The notes under the pieces are model-generated. The model ran no database searches and was not told the DNA's origin. It saw only the letters and a list, made by a program, of their open reading frames with translations. A stretch of 64,000 nucleotides of DNA, from positions 31,760-95,759 of the forward strand of contig JAZLBL010000048.1 of the NCBI GenBank assembly GCA_045613685.1, in the 5' to 3' direction. This DNA comes from Candidatus Fimenecus sp. (GTDB lineage Bacteria; Bacillota; Clostridia; Oscillospirales; Acutalibacteraceae). The translations under genes were made by a program, and so were the position numbers. Of this stretch, positions 55,213-64,000 are shown in pieces (the first letter of the stretch is position 1; every line of letters starts with the position of its first letter).

Positions 55213-55581
55213 ATGAAACTCAGACAACTTAAAATTATCAGAAATCAAAATAAACTTACACAGCAACAGGTTGCAGATGTGTTGGGCATAAGTCGTTCTG
55301 CTTATTGTGGCTATGAAACCGGCAGACGCTCGCCTGATATTGATACTTTGGTAAAACTCAGTGATTTTTATGGTATTTCAGTTGATAAGTTTGTTGGTAA
55401 GATTCTCACAAAATATGTTTATGATGATGAGTTTGTTGATTCTCAACCTGAGGCTTGTTATTTGGCGCAACTTTCAAAAGAGGAAACCGATTTGATTATA
55501 AACTTAAGACTTTCAAATGATGAGACAAAAAAAGAAATTTTCAACTTGGCAAGAGCAAAGACCAATAGAAAGTCTATATAA
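55213..55581 (+). CDS. XRE-family helix-turn-helix transcriptional regulator
   Basis: LTQQQVADVLGISRSAYCGYETGRRSPDIDTLVKLSDFYGISVD. ATG 55213 follows AGAGGTG. Confidence 0.8.
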   Translation: MKLRQLKIIRNQNKLTQQQVADVLGISRSAYCGYETGRRSPDIDTLVKLSDFYGISVDKFVGKILTKYVYDDEFVDSQPEACYLAQLSKEETDLIINLRLSNDETKKEIFNLARAKTNRKSI

Positions 55582-55593
55582 GGAAGATTTAAT

Positions 55594-55980
55594 ATGAAAT
55601 ATAATTTTGAAAATATGACGTCTTCTCTTGAAGATTATCTTGAAGCCGTTTTTGTGCTGTCAACAAAGATTGAAAATGTGCGTGTAACAGATATTGCCGA
55701 GCATTTGGGCGTTTCAAAGCCAAGTGTAAACAGAGCAGTTAATACTCTTACTCAAAATGGTTTTTTAGAGCACGAAACTTATGGTAGCATAAAAATTACA
55801 CCAATGGGTGAAAGTTATGCTGCAAATGTGCTTCGCCGTCACAAACTTATCAAACAGTTTTTAGTTGATACCTTAGGCGTTGACGAAGAAAATGCAGAAA
55901 ACGATGCTTGTAAAATGGAACATGTTATGAGTAGCGTGACAATCGATAAACTTTATGAGTATCTTGAAAGGCAGGGGTAA
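55594..55980 (+). CDS. DtxR/MntR-family metal-dependent transcriptional regulator (short form)
   Basis: LEDYLEAVFVLS...VRVTDIAEHLGVSKPSVNRAV wHTH plus RRHKLIKQFL dimerisation helix. Confidence 0.8.
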   Translation: MKYNFENMTSSLEDYLEAVFVLSTKIENVRVTDIAEHLGVSKPSVNRAVNTLTQNGFLEHETYGSIKITPMGESYAANVLRRHKLIKQFLVDTLGVDEENAENDACKMEHVMSSVTIDKLYEYLERQG

Positions 55981-55983
55981 GCC

Positions 55984-57231
55984 GTGACAAAGATAGCAAT
56001 AATCGGCGGTGGTGCGTCAGGACTTGCCTGTGCCATCGAACTTTTACATAATGTTAAAGATAAGAATCAGGTTGAAGTTACAATTCTTGAAAAATTGCCA
56101 AGAGTGGGCAAAAAAATTCTTGTAACAGGTAACGGAAGATGTAACCTTACAAATATGAATTCGGCTGTGTCGGGTTTTCGTGGGGATACAACTTTTTCGC
56201 AGTATGCTTTGAAAGAATATACACCTGAAAAAAATATTGAATTTTTCAATGAGTTAGGTCTTTACACCCGTGAAGAAGACGAGGGTAGAGTTTATCCTTT
56301 GTCAAATCAAGCGGCATCGGTTTTAGATGCTTTGCGTTTCGAGTGCGAAAGACTTGGTGTTAAAACAATTTGTGATTACAGAGCAGTGCACCTTAAAACT
56401 ATTGATACAGGTGTAACTAAAAAAATCGTTATAAATAATCGTGACAGATTCGATTATGTTGTTGTTGCCTGTGGTGGCAAGGCGGCAAAGATGCATGGCA
56501 CAGATGGCGACGGTTATGATATGCTCAAAATGTTTGGGCACAGTGTTATTTCACCTGCACCTGCTCTTGTCTCACTTAACTGTGATGAATTTACAAAAGC
56601 ACTTAAAGGTGTGCGTTCAATTTGTAAAATGGATTTGATAATTGACGGTGAAAAAGAGCTTGAAAATTATGGTGAAGTGCAGTTTACAGATTATGGGTTG
56701 TCAGGTATTCCAATTATGCAACTCTCTCGTTTTGTATCTGTTTCACTATCAAACAACATTAAAATCAGTCTTGACGTAACACCTGATTTTTCAAAAGAGC
56801 AGATTTGGAATTATCTCATTTCTCGTCGTAATGTTGATACAGGACTTTGCGAAAATCTTTTAAGTGGAATTATGAATAAGCAGCTCTGCATTACCTTGCT
56901 CAAAGAATGTCAGGTTGCAGTTAATAAGAGAGTTAATACTCTCACAGATGATGAACTTAAAAGAATTGCAAAAATCATTAAGAATTGGGAAATTAAGATT
57001 AAAAACTCAAGAAGTTTTGATTATGCTCAGGTCACAGCAGGTGGCGTTGACTGTAAAGAATTTAATGACGAAACAATGGAATCAAGATTTGTTAAGAATC
57101 TTTTCTGTTGTGGTGAAGTTTTTAATGTTGACGGTGATTGCGGTGGCTACAATTTACAATGGGCTTGGTCAAGTGGTCGTCTTGTAGGTAAAACCATTGG
57201 TGAAAGGATAAACAATGCTCAGAATCAGTGA
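55984..57231 (+). CDS. HI0933/BaiN-like NAD(P)/FAD-dependent oxidoreductase
   Basis: KIAIIGGGASGLACAIEL, ILVTGNGRCNLTN, and C-terminal GEVFNVDGDCGGYNLQWAWSSG. Confidence 0.8.
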   Translation: MTKIAIIGGGASGLACAIELLHNVKDKNQVEVTILEKLPRVGKKILVTGNGRCNLTNMNSAVSGFRGDTTFSQYALKEYTPEKNIEFFNELGLYTREEDEGRVYPLSNQAASVLDALRFECERLGVKTICDYRAVHLKTIDTGVTKKIVINNRDRFDYVVVACGGKAAKMHGTDGDGYDMLKMFGHSVISPAPALVSLNCDEFTKALKGVRSICKMDLIIDGEKELENYGEVQFTDYGLSGIPIMQLSRFVSVSLSNNIKISLDVTPDFSKEQIWNYLISRRNVDTGLCENLLSGIMNKQLCITLLKECQVAVNKRVNTLTDDELKRIAKIIKNWEIKIKNSRSFDYAQVTAGGVDCKEFNDETMESRFVKNLFCCGEVFNVDGDCGGYNLQWAWSSGRLVGKTIGERINNAQNQ

Positions 57232-58810
57232 AATAAAACTTGGTCTTGATAGCGATTTTTCTGACATTGAAAATGCCGTTGCCAAGACACTTAAAATAAA
57301 TAAAAACAGAATTTTAAAAACAGAAATATTTAAAAGAAGTATAGACTGTCGAAAAGATAGTGTGCATTTTGTTTATACGGCAGATGTAACAGTTGATGGT
57401 GATGAAGATAAAATCCTCACAGGTATCAATAATTCAAAAGTCATAAAATGCGAAAAATATTCATATAAAATTCCGCAGTCAAACAGAAAAAGCACATTGC
57501 CACCTGTTATTGCAGGTTTTGGCCCTGCGGGTATGTTTGCAGGTCTTATTCTTGCACGAAGTGGGCACAGACCTATAATTATTGAGCGTGGTCGTGATGT
57601 TGACTCTCGCACAAATGATGTGAATAATTTCTGGACTAATCGCATTTTAGATGAAAAATCAAATATACAATATGGTGAAGGTGGCGCAGGCACATTCTCT
57701 GACGGTAAACTCACAACAGGCATTAAAGATAGCCGTTGCCGTTTCGTTTTTGAAGAGTTTGTAAGCCATGGCGCACCTGAAGATATTTTAGTTAATGCAA
57801 AACCACATATCGGCACAGATAAACTTAAAACAACAGTTAAGAATATTCGTGAAGAGATTATCTCTCTTGGTGGTCAGGTGCTTTTTGAAACACAACTTAC
57901 AAATATTATTGTGGCAAACAATTTTATTCACGGAATAACTGTAACCGATAAAAACGGCAAAGAAATTGACATTGAAACTGATGCGCTTATTCTCTCAATC
58001 GGTCATTCTGCAAGAGATACAATAGAAATGCTCTACAATAAGGGTATAACTATGATGCAAAAGCCATTCTCGATTGGCGCTCGAATTGAGCATCCACAAG
58101 AGATGATTAATTCAGTTCAGTTTGGTGAATTTAAAAATCATCCAAAACTTCCTGCAGCTGATTATAAACTTGCTTGTCATCCACCACATGGTAGGGGAGC
58201 ATATACATTCTGTATGTGTCCCGGTGGCACAGTTGTTTGTGCATCATCTCAAAAGGGTGGAGTTGTCACAAATGGTATGAGTGAATATGCACGAGATAAA
58301 GAAAATGCAAACTCTGCTATCTTGGTTGGTGTCAATCCTGAAGATTTTCCAAGTGAACATGTGCTTGCAGGATTCGAACTTCAAAGAGAAATCGAAGAAA
58401 AAGCATTCAAAATGGGTGGTGGGGACTATACAGCACCTGCAACTTTGGTTGGGGATTTCTTAAAAGGACAAAAATCCACCAAATTAGGTGCAGTTAAACC
58501 ATCTTTCCCAACAGGCGTCACAATGAGTGATATTGGCACATTGTTACCACAGAAGGTGGTTGATAATATGCGCCATGCCTTGACAGAATGGGATAAAAAG
58601 CTCAAAGGTTTCGCTATGGATGAAGCAGTGCTTACAGCACCTGAAACCAGAAGTTCATCTCCTGTGCGGATTATCCGTGATGAATTTTATCAGACAAATG
58701 TGCGTGGTCTTTATCCTTGTGGTGAAGGCGCAGGTTATGCAGGGGGAATCGTCTCCGCTGCTGTTGACGGCGTTAAATGTGCCGAGATGGTATTATCTGA
58801 CGAAACATAA
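57215..58810 (+). CDS. Uncharacterised FAD-dependent protein (COG2509 type)
   Basis: IAGFGPAGMFAGLILA, GEGGAGTFSDGKL and CGEGAGYAGGIVSAA. Overlaps the upstream gene by 17 nt. Confidence 0.75.
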   Translation: MLRISEIKLGLDSDFSDIENAVAKTLKINKNRILKTEIFKRSIDCRKDSVHFVYTADVTVDGDEDKILTGINNSKVIKCEKYSYKIPQSNRKSTLPPVIAGFGPAGMFAGLILARSGHRPIIIERGRDVDSRTNDVNNFWTNRILDEKSNIQYGEGGAGTFSDGKLTTGIKDSRCRFVFEEFVSHGAPEDILVNAKPHIGTDKLKTTVKNIREEIISLGGQVLFETQLTNIIVANNFIHGITVTDKNGKEIDIETDALILSIGHSARDTIEMLYNKGITMMQKPFSIGARIEHPQEMINSVQFGEFKNHPKLPAADYKLACHPPHGRGAYTFCMCPGGTVVCASSQKGGVVTNGMSEYARDKENANSAILVGVNPEDFPSEHVLAGFELQREIEEKAFKMGGGDYTAPATLVGDFLKGQKSTKLGAVKPSFPTGVTMSDIGTLLPQKVVDNMRHALTEWDKKLKGFAMDEAVLTAPETRSSSPVRIIRDEFYQTNVRGLYPCGEGAGYAGGIVSAAVDGVKCAEMVLSDET

Positions 58811-58884
58811 ATTACAAAAATGTAATTTGACAAAGTAGAAAAACCCTTATATATTATATATAGACTGAAAAAGGAGATGATATA

Positions 58885-60543
58885 GTGAACATTGATAATC
58901 TTTGTATGAGTTGTATGAATGAACTCTATGGCGAGAAGCAATGTCCAAAATGTGGATATTATGTTGACTCTCCACAAATTTCACCTTATCTTCCATTAAA
59001 AACTCCTGTTGGAGATAAATACATAATAGGCAAAGTGATTTCTTCAAATAGTGAAGGCGTTACATATATGGCTTATGATGTTGACCGCAAAAGTCCTGTT
59101 GTAATCCGTGAATTTTTACCTGAAAAATTCATTGATAGAAATATGAGTTCAACAGAGGTTGCAATCAAGAGTGAGTGGAAAGATTTATATTATGCATTTC
59201 TTCGCAAATTCTTGAATTTGTGGCGTAGCCTTGCTCGTGTGCGTGGGCTTTCGGCATTAGTGCCTGTAATTGACATCATTGAAGAAAACAACACGGCTTA
59301 TGCCATCAGTGAATATGTTGAAAGCATTTCTCTTCGTGAATTCTTGCTCAGAAGTCAGACGGGTTATCTTAATTGGGAAAAAGCAAAAGTTCTCTTTATG
59401 CCAGTTCTTTCAACATTATCAACTCTTCACAAGGCAGGAATTTATCACTATGGCATAAATCCCGATAACCTTATGATTGGTCGTGATGGTAAACTTCGTC
59501 TTAGCGGATTTTCAATTAATGACGCAAGACTTGAGGGCACAGAGTTTTCACCTGAACAGTTTGAGGGCTATACGCCTATTGAACAATATTCATATAACTA
59601 CAATGAGGGCGCTTGGTCAGATGTTTATGGTTTTAGCGCAGTGCTTTACAGAGCGTTAGTGGGTAGTGTTCCACAAGATGCAGTTTCTCGTTCAATGAAT
59701 GACCAACTTATCATTCCCGCAAGATATGCAGAGATTATTCCTGTTTATGTTATAAATGCTTTGATGAACGGATTGCAAGTGAGTCCCGAAGATAGAACAC
59801 AGGATATTGAAGCTCTTCGTGAAGAACTTTCAGCAACTCCTGGTAATGTGGTTTCATCATTCTCAGGTGTGAATGTTCCAAAACGAGAAGAACGACCAGC
59901 ACCACCTGTGCAACAGGTTGAAGAAGACGACAAGAGCACAATAATCAGAACAATTTTGATTGTTTCTCTTATTGTTGTGGGTGTAGGTCTTATCTTCTTT
60001 GGTGCATATTTAGGGTATGACCATTTCATTAAAAATCAGGAAGAATCAACAACTGAAGCACCGATTGTGGCAATGATTGAAGTTCCGAATTTTGTTAATT
60101 CTTCTTATGATATGGTGGCACAGAATCCTGTGCAGAATTCAAGATTTAAAATTAATGCTGTTCTTGAATTTAGTGACGAGATTGAAAAGGGATATATCAT
60201 TTCTCAAAGCCTTGAAGCAGGCACAAGCGTTGCAACAGGTAGTGAAATCACATTTGTTGTCAGCAAAGGCCGTGAGTTTGTTACAATTCCACCAGTAAAA
60301 GACACAAATATTGATTATGCGAAGCAAACTCTTGAACAAGCAGGATTTGTGGTTAACATAATCACAAAAGAAAACAATGGTGATTATACAGAAGGTCTTG
60401 TTGCAGAAATAACACCTGCTGAAGGCACAAGCAAAACAAAGGGAACGGATGTATTTGTTCAGGTTTGGGGTGCTCCGCCAAGCACAGAGCCTGACACAGA
60501 AACAACAACAGAGAAAAATCCATTTTATAATCCATTCTTCTAA
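58885..60543 (+). CDS. Zinc-ribbon, kinase-like (predicted pseudokinase), TM, two PASTA domains
   Basis: GTG start after AAAGGAG. CMSC...CPKC ribbon. The kinase fold is recognisable (SDVYGFSAVLY, INPDN), but VAIK reads VVIR, HRD reads HYG and DFG reads GFS. TM is ILIVSLIVVGVGLIFFGAYLG. PASTA-like blocks end in GSEITFVVSKG and GTDVFVQVWG. Confidence 0.75.
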   Translation: MNIDNLCMSCMNELYGEKQCPKCGYYVDSPQISPYLPLKTPVGDKYIIGKVISSNSEGVTYMAYDVDRKSPVVIREFLPEKFIDRNMSSTEVAIKSEWKDLYYAFLRKFLNLWRSLARVRGLSALVPVIDIIEENNTAYAISEYVESISLREFLLRSQTGYLNWEKAKVLFMPVLSTLSTLHKAGIYHYGINPDNLMIGRDGKLRLSGFSINDARLEGTEFSPEQFEGYTPIEQYSYNYNEGAWSDVYGFSAVLYRALVGSVPQDAVSRSMNDQLIIPARYAEIIPVYVINALMNGLQVSPEDRTQDIEALREELSATPGNVVSSFSGVNVPKREERPAPPVQQVEEDDKSTIIRTILIVSLIVVGVGLIFFGAYLGYDHFIKNQEESTTEAPIVAMIEVPNFVNSSYDMVAQNPVQNSRFKINAVLEFSDEIEKGYIISQSLEAGTSVATGSEITFVVSKGREFVTIPPVKDTNIDYAKQTLEQAGFVVNIITKENNGDYTEGLVAEITPAEGTSKTKGTDVFVQVWGAPPSTEPDTETTTEKNPFYNPFF

Positions 60544-60548
60544 AAAGA

Positions 60549-60586
60549 AAAACCGCTTATCGAATTGATAAGCGGTTTGATTTTTT
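60549..60586. terminator. Bidirectional terminator hairpin
   Basis: AAACCGCTTATC-GAATT-GATAAGCGGTTT followed by GATTTTTT. Confidence 0.8.
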
Positions 60587-60591
60587 GCCTT

Positions 60592-62802
60592 TTATGAAAT
60601 TGCTACACAGTCAGTAGCATTCACAGTAATACCATTTATTGTAACAGTGGTGTCGGTATAGTTTACATAAACCTTGATACTATTGTTGTATTCGGTGCAA
60701 TAAACACCGTCTTGAATCTTTTCGTGAGCAGTCATTCGTGCGTCGCGGATGGTAGCAAGAGCAGAGTTTGCTTTTGTGTAAAGTGAAACAACATCATTTA
60801 TATTTTTATCATAATAATAGTTTGCATCAAGTGTATCATCATAAGCTGAGCAATACCAAGAAATGCTTGGCAAACAACCATATTCAACTGATTTTAAGAA
60901 TGATGTTGTCATATTTTCAGAACTGTTCATAGCAGGTGCACTGTATTCACAAATGCCGTGAAGCATCATCTGAACAAATGGAATTCCCACATAAGCGTTA
61001 GTTTCGTTTGCTTTTGTAGGTGCCATTGGAATTTCTGAAACAATATCTGCAGATTTGATTGCATAGAAATTGCCTGTGTCAATCATCAATTTCTTCTGTG
61101 TTGCAAGAACAGGTAACTGAGCAAAAATTTCTTTGTTTGAAACTGTTCTTGAATAGAAATCAGAAGAATAATCAGAATAGAGATAAGCACCTATGTCATT
61201 GAGCGCATATCCATCAAAGTTAACATCGAAAGATGCATTGAGAACATCTTCAACTTTCTTTTCAACCCTATTCATAGAAACGAAACTCTGTGCAGAGAAA
61301 GCCAATGGAAAAGCTGCTTCTTTGTTTTTAGCGAGTTTAATATTTTTATCGTTTAAGTTAATAGCATTCTTTGAACTTGTGTAAGAATACGTGAGAATAT
61401 CTGTGTCAAGGAAGAGTGAGAATTTCTGACTGTTGAGATATGAATAAAGTTCCTTGAATTCTTTTTCTTTACCAAGTTTTTTTGAGAAATCGCCGAAAAC
61501 ATCGTCTGAGCCGTTGTTTGCATTGTCATAAAGTCCGTTATATCTGAGAATTGCATTGTTGACACCCTTTGCTTTAAGAAGTGTCATAAGGTCTTTTGCC
61601 TGTGCAAAATTTGATAATACGGTGTATTTATTTTTTTCGTTTATATATCCACCCTGCAAAGAAACCACAAGGGGAAGTGCTTTTGACTCTGGCTCAACTT
61701 TTTTGGTTGAAAGAACAGAATTTCTGATGAGATTTTCACGACAAGCAGTTGCCATACCTGAATATGTTGCAGATTTACCTGAAAGGAATCTGTAACAAAG
61801 TGTAATCTCATTTTTATAAGTATATCCGTAAGTTTTGTTTACAGAATTCTTGTTTTGTTGTCTGTAAATATCAGTTGTTTTAAATGTGGCATTGACGCTG
61901 TTGAGAGAATTTTCATTATTTCTATTTGCATTGATTTCGGCAATAGAATCACCTTGTTCAATAATGCAAAGGAATGCACCGTTGCCACGCTTCATACCAA
62001 AAGCACCAACAAGACAATTCGATTTTTGAATGTTGTCAGTTGTTGCAAGGTCGTTGCCATAAACAGAAAGAGAAATAGGGCTGAATTCTTTGTCTTCAAC
62101 ACCGGTCATAATAAGAGCACCACTACCGTCTGGCACAAAGATATAATCTTCTGCACCACTTTGCTCATATGCACCAAAGTCGCCGAGCACCTTGATTTTT
62201 TCAAGATAAACGCCTTTTGGAAGTGACAAGGTGTTCATACTGACATTTACAAAGAACGAACCATCACGAAGAGTATAAAGAACAGTCAAATCTGCTCTGA
62301 TTTGGTTTTTTTTGAGTTCTTTAATATCTGCTTTGCCTGTTTCTGCGTCAAGCGACATTGCATATTTAACAGTCACATTGTTTTCACCAACAGTATAACT
62401 TGCATTGCCAAATGCTACTGAATTATCTTGTGAATTGAGCACATAGACATTCTCGTCGCCGTTTGAAAGTGTAACTTCAACTGCAGAACTGTTAAGATTT
62501 TTTGCAAGCTCAGGTTGGGGGAGAGTTGTCCATAAATTATTTGAGTTTGTGTCTTTAATTGCAACAGTCATTGTTGTCTTGTCAAAGAACATTTCAATAA
62601 GACCTGATTTGCAAATAGACTCATAATTGTTCAAAGCAGTTTTATGAACATTATCACCCTTGTTTTCTGCAACGATTATATTCTCACTTTTCATTCTGAC
62701 GCTTTTTGTTGAAATATCAGCACCGCAAGCAGAGAAAAGCATAGTCATAAGACAGATGATTGATATTATTTTTATTAAATAAGTATAACGAGATTTTCTC
62801 AT
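60592..62802 (-). CDS. Large predicted lipoprotein of unknown function
   Basis: MRKSRYTYLIKIISIICLMTMLFSAC has a lipobox LFSAC. The remaining ~710 aa is beta-rich with no motif I can name. Confidence 0.6.
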   Translation of the reverse strand: MRKSRYTYLIKIISIICLMTMLFSACGADISTKSVRMKSENIIVAENKGDNVHKTALNNYESICKSGLIEMFFDKTTMTVAIKDTNSNNLWTTLPQPELAKNLNSSAVEVTLSNGDENVYVLNSQDNSVAFGNASYTVGENNVTVKYAMSLDAETGKADIKELKKNQIRADLTVLYTLRDGSFFVNVSMNTLSLPKGVYLEKIKVLGDFGAYEQSGAEDYIFVPDGSGALIMTGVEDKEFSPISLSVYGNDLATTDNIQKSNCLVGAFGMKRGNGAFLCIIEQGDSIAEINANRNNENSLNSVNATFKTTDIYRQQNKNSVNKTYGYTYKNEITLCYRFLSGKSATYSGMATACRENLIRNSVLSTKKVEPESKALPLVVSLQGGYINEKNKYTVLSNFAQAKDLMTLLKAKGVNNAILRYNGLYDNANNGSDDVFGDFSKKLGKEKEFKELYSYLNSQKFSLFLDTDILTYSYTSSKNAINLNDKNIKLAKNKEAAFPLAFSAQSFVSMNRVEKKVEDVLNASFDVNFDGYALNDIGAYLYSDYSSDFYSRTVSNKEIFAQLPVLATQKKLMIDTGNFYAIKSADIVSEIPMAPTKANETNAYVGIPFVQMMLHGICEYSAPAMNSSENMTTSFLKSVEYGCLPSISWYCSAYDDTLDANYYYDKNINDVVSLYTKANSALATIRDARMTAHEKIQDGVYCTEYNNSIKVYVNYTDTTVTINGITVNATDCVAIS

Positions 62803-62863
62803 ATAAATACTCCTGAATATGTGTTTTGCATATTCTAACATATTTTGAAGAAAATATCAAATT

Positions 62864-63514
62864 TTATCCGATAAGTCGTTTTCGCATATCAGAGAGTATG
62901 ATTTTTTCTCTGCGAGAAACCTGTACTTGTGACACACCGAGAATGTTAGCGGTCTTGCTTTGTGTGAGTCCGTCAAAATAACGAAGACGGATAAGTTTTC
63001 GGTCATTTTCATTTAAACAGTTTAGGACTTGTTCAATAGAAAGTCGGTCGTCAATGGGAGAATACTCATCATCTGCGGGAATATCTATCTGTTTTTCATC
63101 ATTATTTTCTGATGTGAGTGATACAGCTGGTTGTGATACACAAAGAAGTTGAGCCGTTTCGGAAACAGATAGTCCCATTTTCTCTGCAATTTCTGAAATT
63201 GTTGGCTCAACACCTAATTGCTTTTCTAATTCTTCTTTGACAAATTGTAATTCTCGTGCCTTTTCTTTGAGTGTACGACTGATTTTAACTGTACCACCAT
63301 CACGGAATAGCCGACGAATTTCACCTAAAATAGATGGTACAGCATAGGTCGAAAAAGCAAATCCTAAATTCTCATCAAATCGGTCAGCGGCTTTGATAAG
63401 TCCAACACAACCTGAAGAATATAAGTCTTCATAGTCAATGCCTTTGCCGATAAAACGAGATGCACAACTACCAACAAGCCCTAAATTATTAAGTATAAGC
63501 TCGTCCCTTGTCAT
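62864..63514 (-). CDS. sigF: Sporulation sigma factor SigF
   Basis: GLIKAADRFD...FSTYAVPSILGEIRRLFRDGGTVKISRTLKE and C-terminal LGVSQVQVSRREKKIL-like HTH. ATGA overlap with spoIIAB. The listed 275-aa ORF is over-extended. Confidence 0.9.
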   Translation of the reverse strand: MTRDELILNNLGLVGSCASRFIGKGIDYEDLYSSGCVGLIKAADRFDENLGFAFSTYAVPSILGEIRRLFRDGGTVKISRTLKEKARELQFVKEELEKQLGVEPTISEIAEKMGLSVSETAQLLCVSQPAVSLTSENNDEKQIDIPADDEYSPIDDRLSIEQVLNCLNENDRKLIRLRYFDGLTQSKTANILGVSQVQVSRREKIILSDMRKRLIG

Positions 63515-63942
63515 TTTGTGCGACCACAAATCTTTTTGCAAAGGGTAACAGTTGTGCCAACGCCAATTTTTGAACGGACAGAAAGCTTGTCTGTAAAACT
63601 TTCCATAACAGAAAACCCAAGTCCTGCTCTGTCGCCACCGAGTGTTGTGAAAAGCGGCTCCCGAGCCTTTTTGATGTCGCTTATGCCACAACCGCGGTCA
63701 CGGATAGATATAATCACTTTGTTGTCGTCGTGGATTTTAACACTTATGTAGATTTTGCCCACAGAGTTGCGATAGCCATGAACAATACAGTTTGTTACTG
63801 CTTCACTGACAGCGGTTTTAATATCATTTATTTCTTCAACTGTGGGGTCAAGTTGTGCCGAGAATGCTGCAACTGTTGCTCTTGAAAAACTTTCGTTGAC
63901 AGAGCGACTGTCAACCACCATACGAAATTCATTTATAATCAT
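63511..63942 (-). CDS. spoIIAB: Anti-sigma F factor / serine kinase SpoIIAB
   Basis: N-box EAVTNCIVHGY and G-box RDRGCGI...GGDRAGLGFSVM. 143 aa. Confidence 0.9.
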   Translation of the reverse strand: MIINEFRMVVDSRSVNESFSRATVAAFSAQLDPTVEEINDIKTAVSEAVTNCIVHGYRNSVGKIYISVKIHDDNKVIISIRDRGCGISDIKKAREPLFTTLGGDRAGLGFSVMESFTDKLSVRSKIGVGTTVTLCKKICGRTK

Positions 63943-64000
63943 TTTTTATCACCTTTCTTAATATTTGCTATTCGGTCAAGCCCCGCAAGACGCATAACCT
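63939..64000 (-). CDS. spoIIAA: Anti-sigma F antagonist SpoIIAA, C-terminal fragment at the window edge
   Basis: Own translation gives ...VMRLAGLDRIANIKKGDKK then a stop, with ATGA overlap onto the spoIIAB start. Assignment rests mainly on position in the operon. Confidence 0.65.
   Translation of the reverse strand, partial: VMRLAGLDRIANIKKGDKK

Noticed and set aside
63515-63691. N-terminal extension of sigF (listed as 275 aa)
   Set aside because: It overlaps spoIIAB in another frame. The canonical ATGA stop/start overlap at 63511-63514 and the onset of sigma region 2 homology support the 216-aa form.

Overview
This 64-kb window is a chromosomal segment from a low-GC, spore-forming Firmicute, probably Clostridia-like. 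Supporting evidence is a spoIIAA-spoIIAB-sigF operon, a gerA-type germinant receptor operon, a T-box leader and a tRNA with encoded CCA. About 55 CDS are tightly packed and mostly housekeeping or metabolic. They include alr, trkH/trkA, GH13 alpha-glucosidase with two MFS paralogs, coaX, mscL, proC, cysK, trpB, polA, tsaD, GTP-PEPCK, phosphoglucomutase, GH38 mannosidase and several flavoproteins. I see no rRNA, CRISPR array, transposase, integrase or recognisable defence cassette. Features outside ordinary annotation: (1) A MITE-like intergenic element family with CAAATTTG termini and perfect 20-nt hairpins occurs four times in 22 kb. One copy has an inverted core with a nested GC-rich insertion, and one is a chimera. 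(2) A DUF559 (Vsr-fold) endonuclease gene is exactly bracketed by inverted double-hairpin repeats, and a gene-less inverted pair of the same repeats lies 6 kb away. (3) A strong promoter drives a roughly 160-nt leader that starts with an exact copy of tRNA-Pro positions 1-22, followed by the real tRNA-Pro and cysK. (4) An ECF-type sigma factor is translationally coupled to a 1032-aa membrane protein carrying Ig-like repeats. (5) A DUF1538 membrane protein is paired with a tandem PII-like protein. (6) A zinc-ribbon/PASTA protein has a kinase domain with catalytic Lys, HRD-Asp and DFG-Asp all substituted. (7) A LMW-phosphatase::RimI fusion sits next to tsaD. All functional calls come from reading motifs by eye, because no database search was possible.
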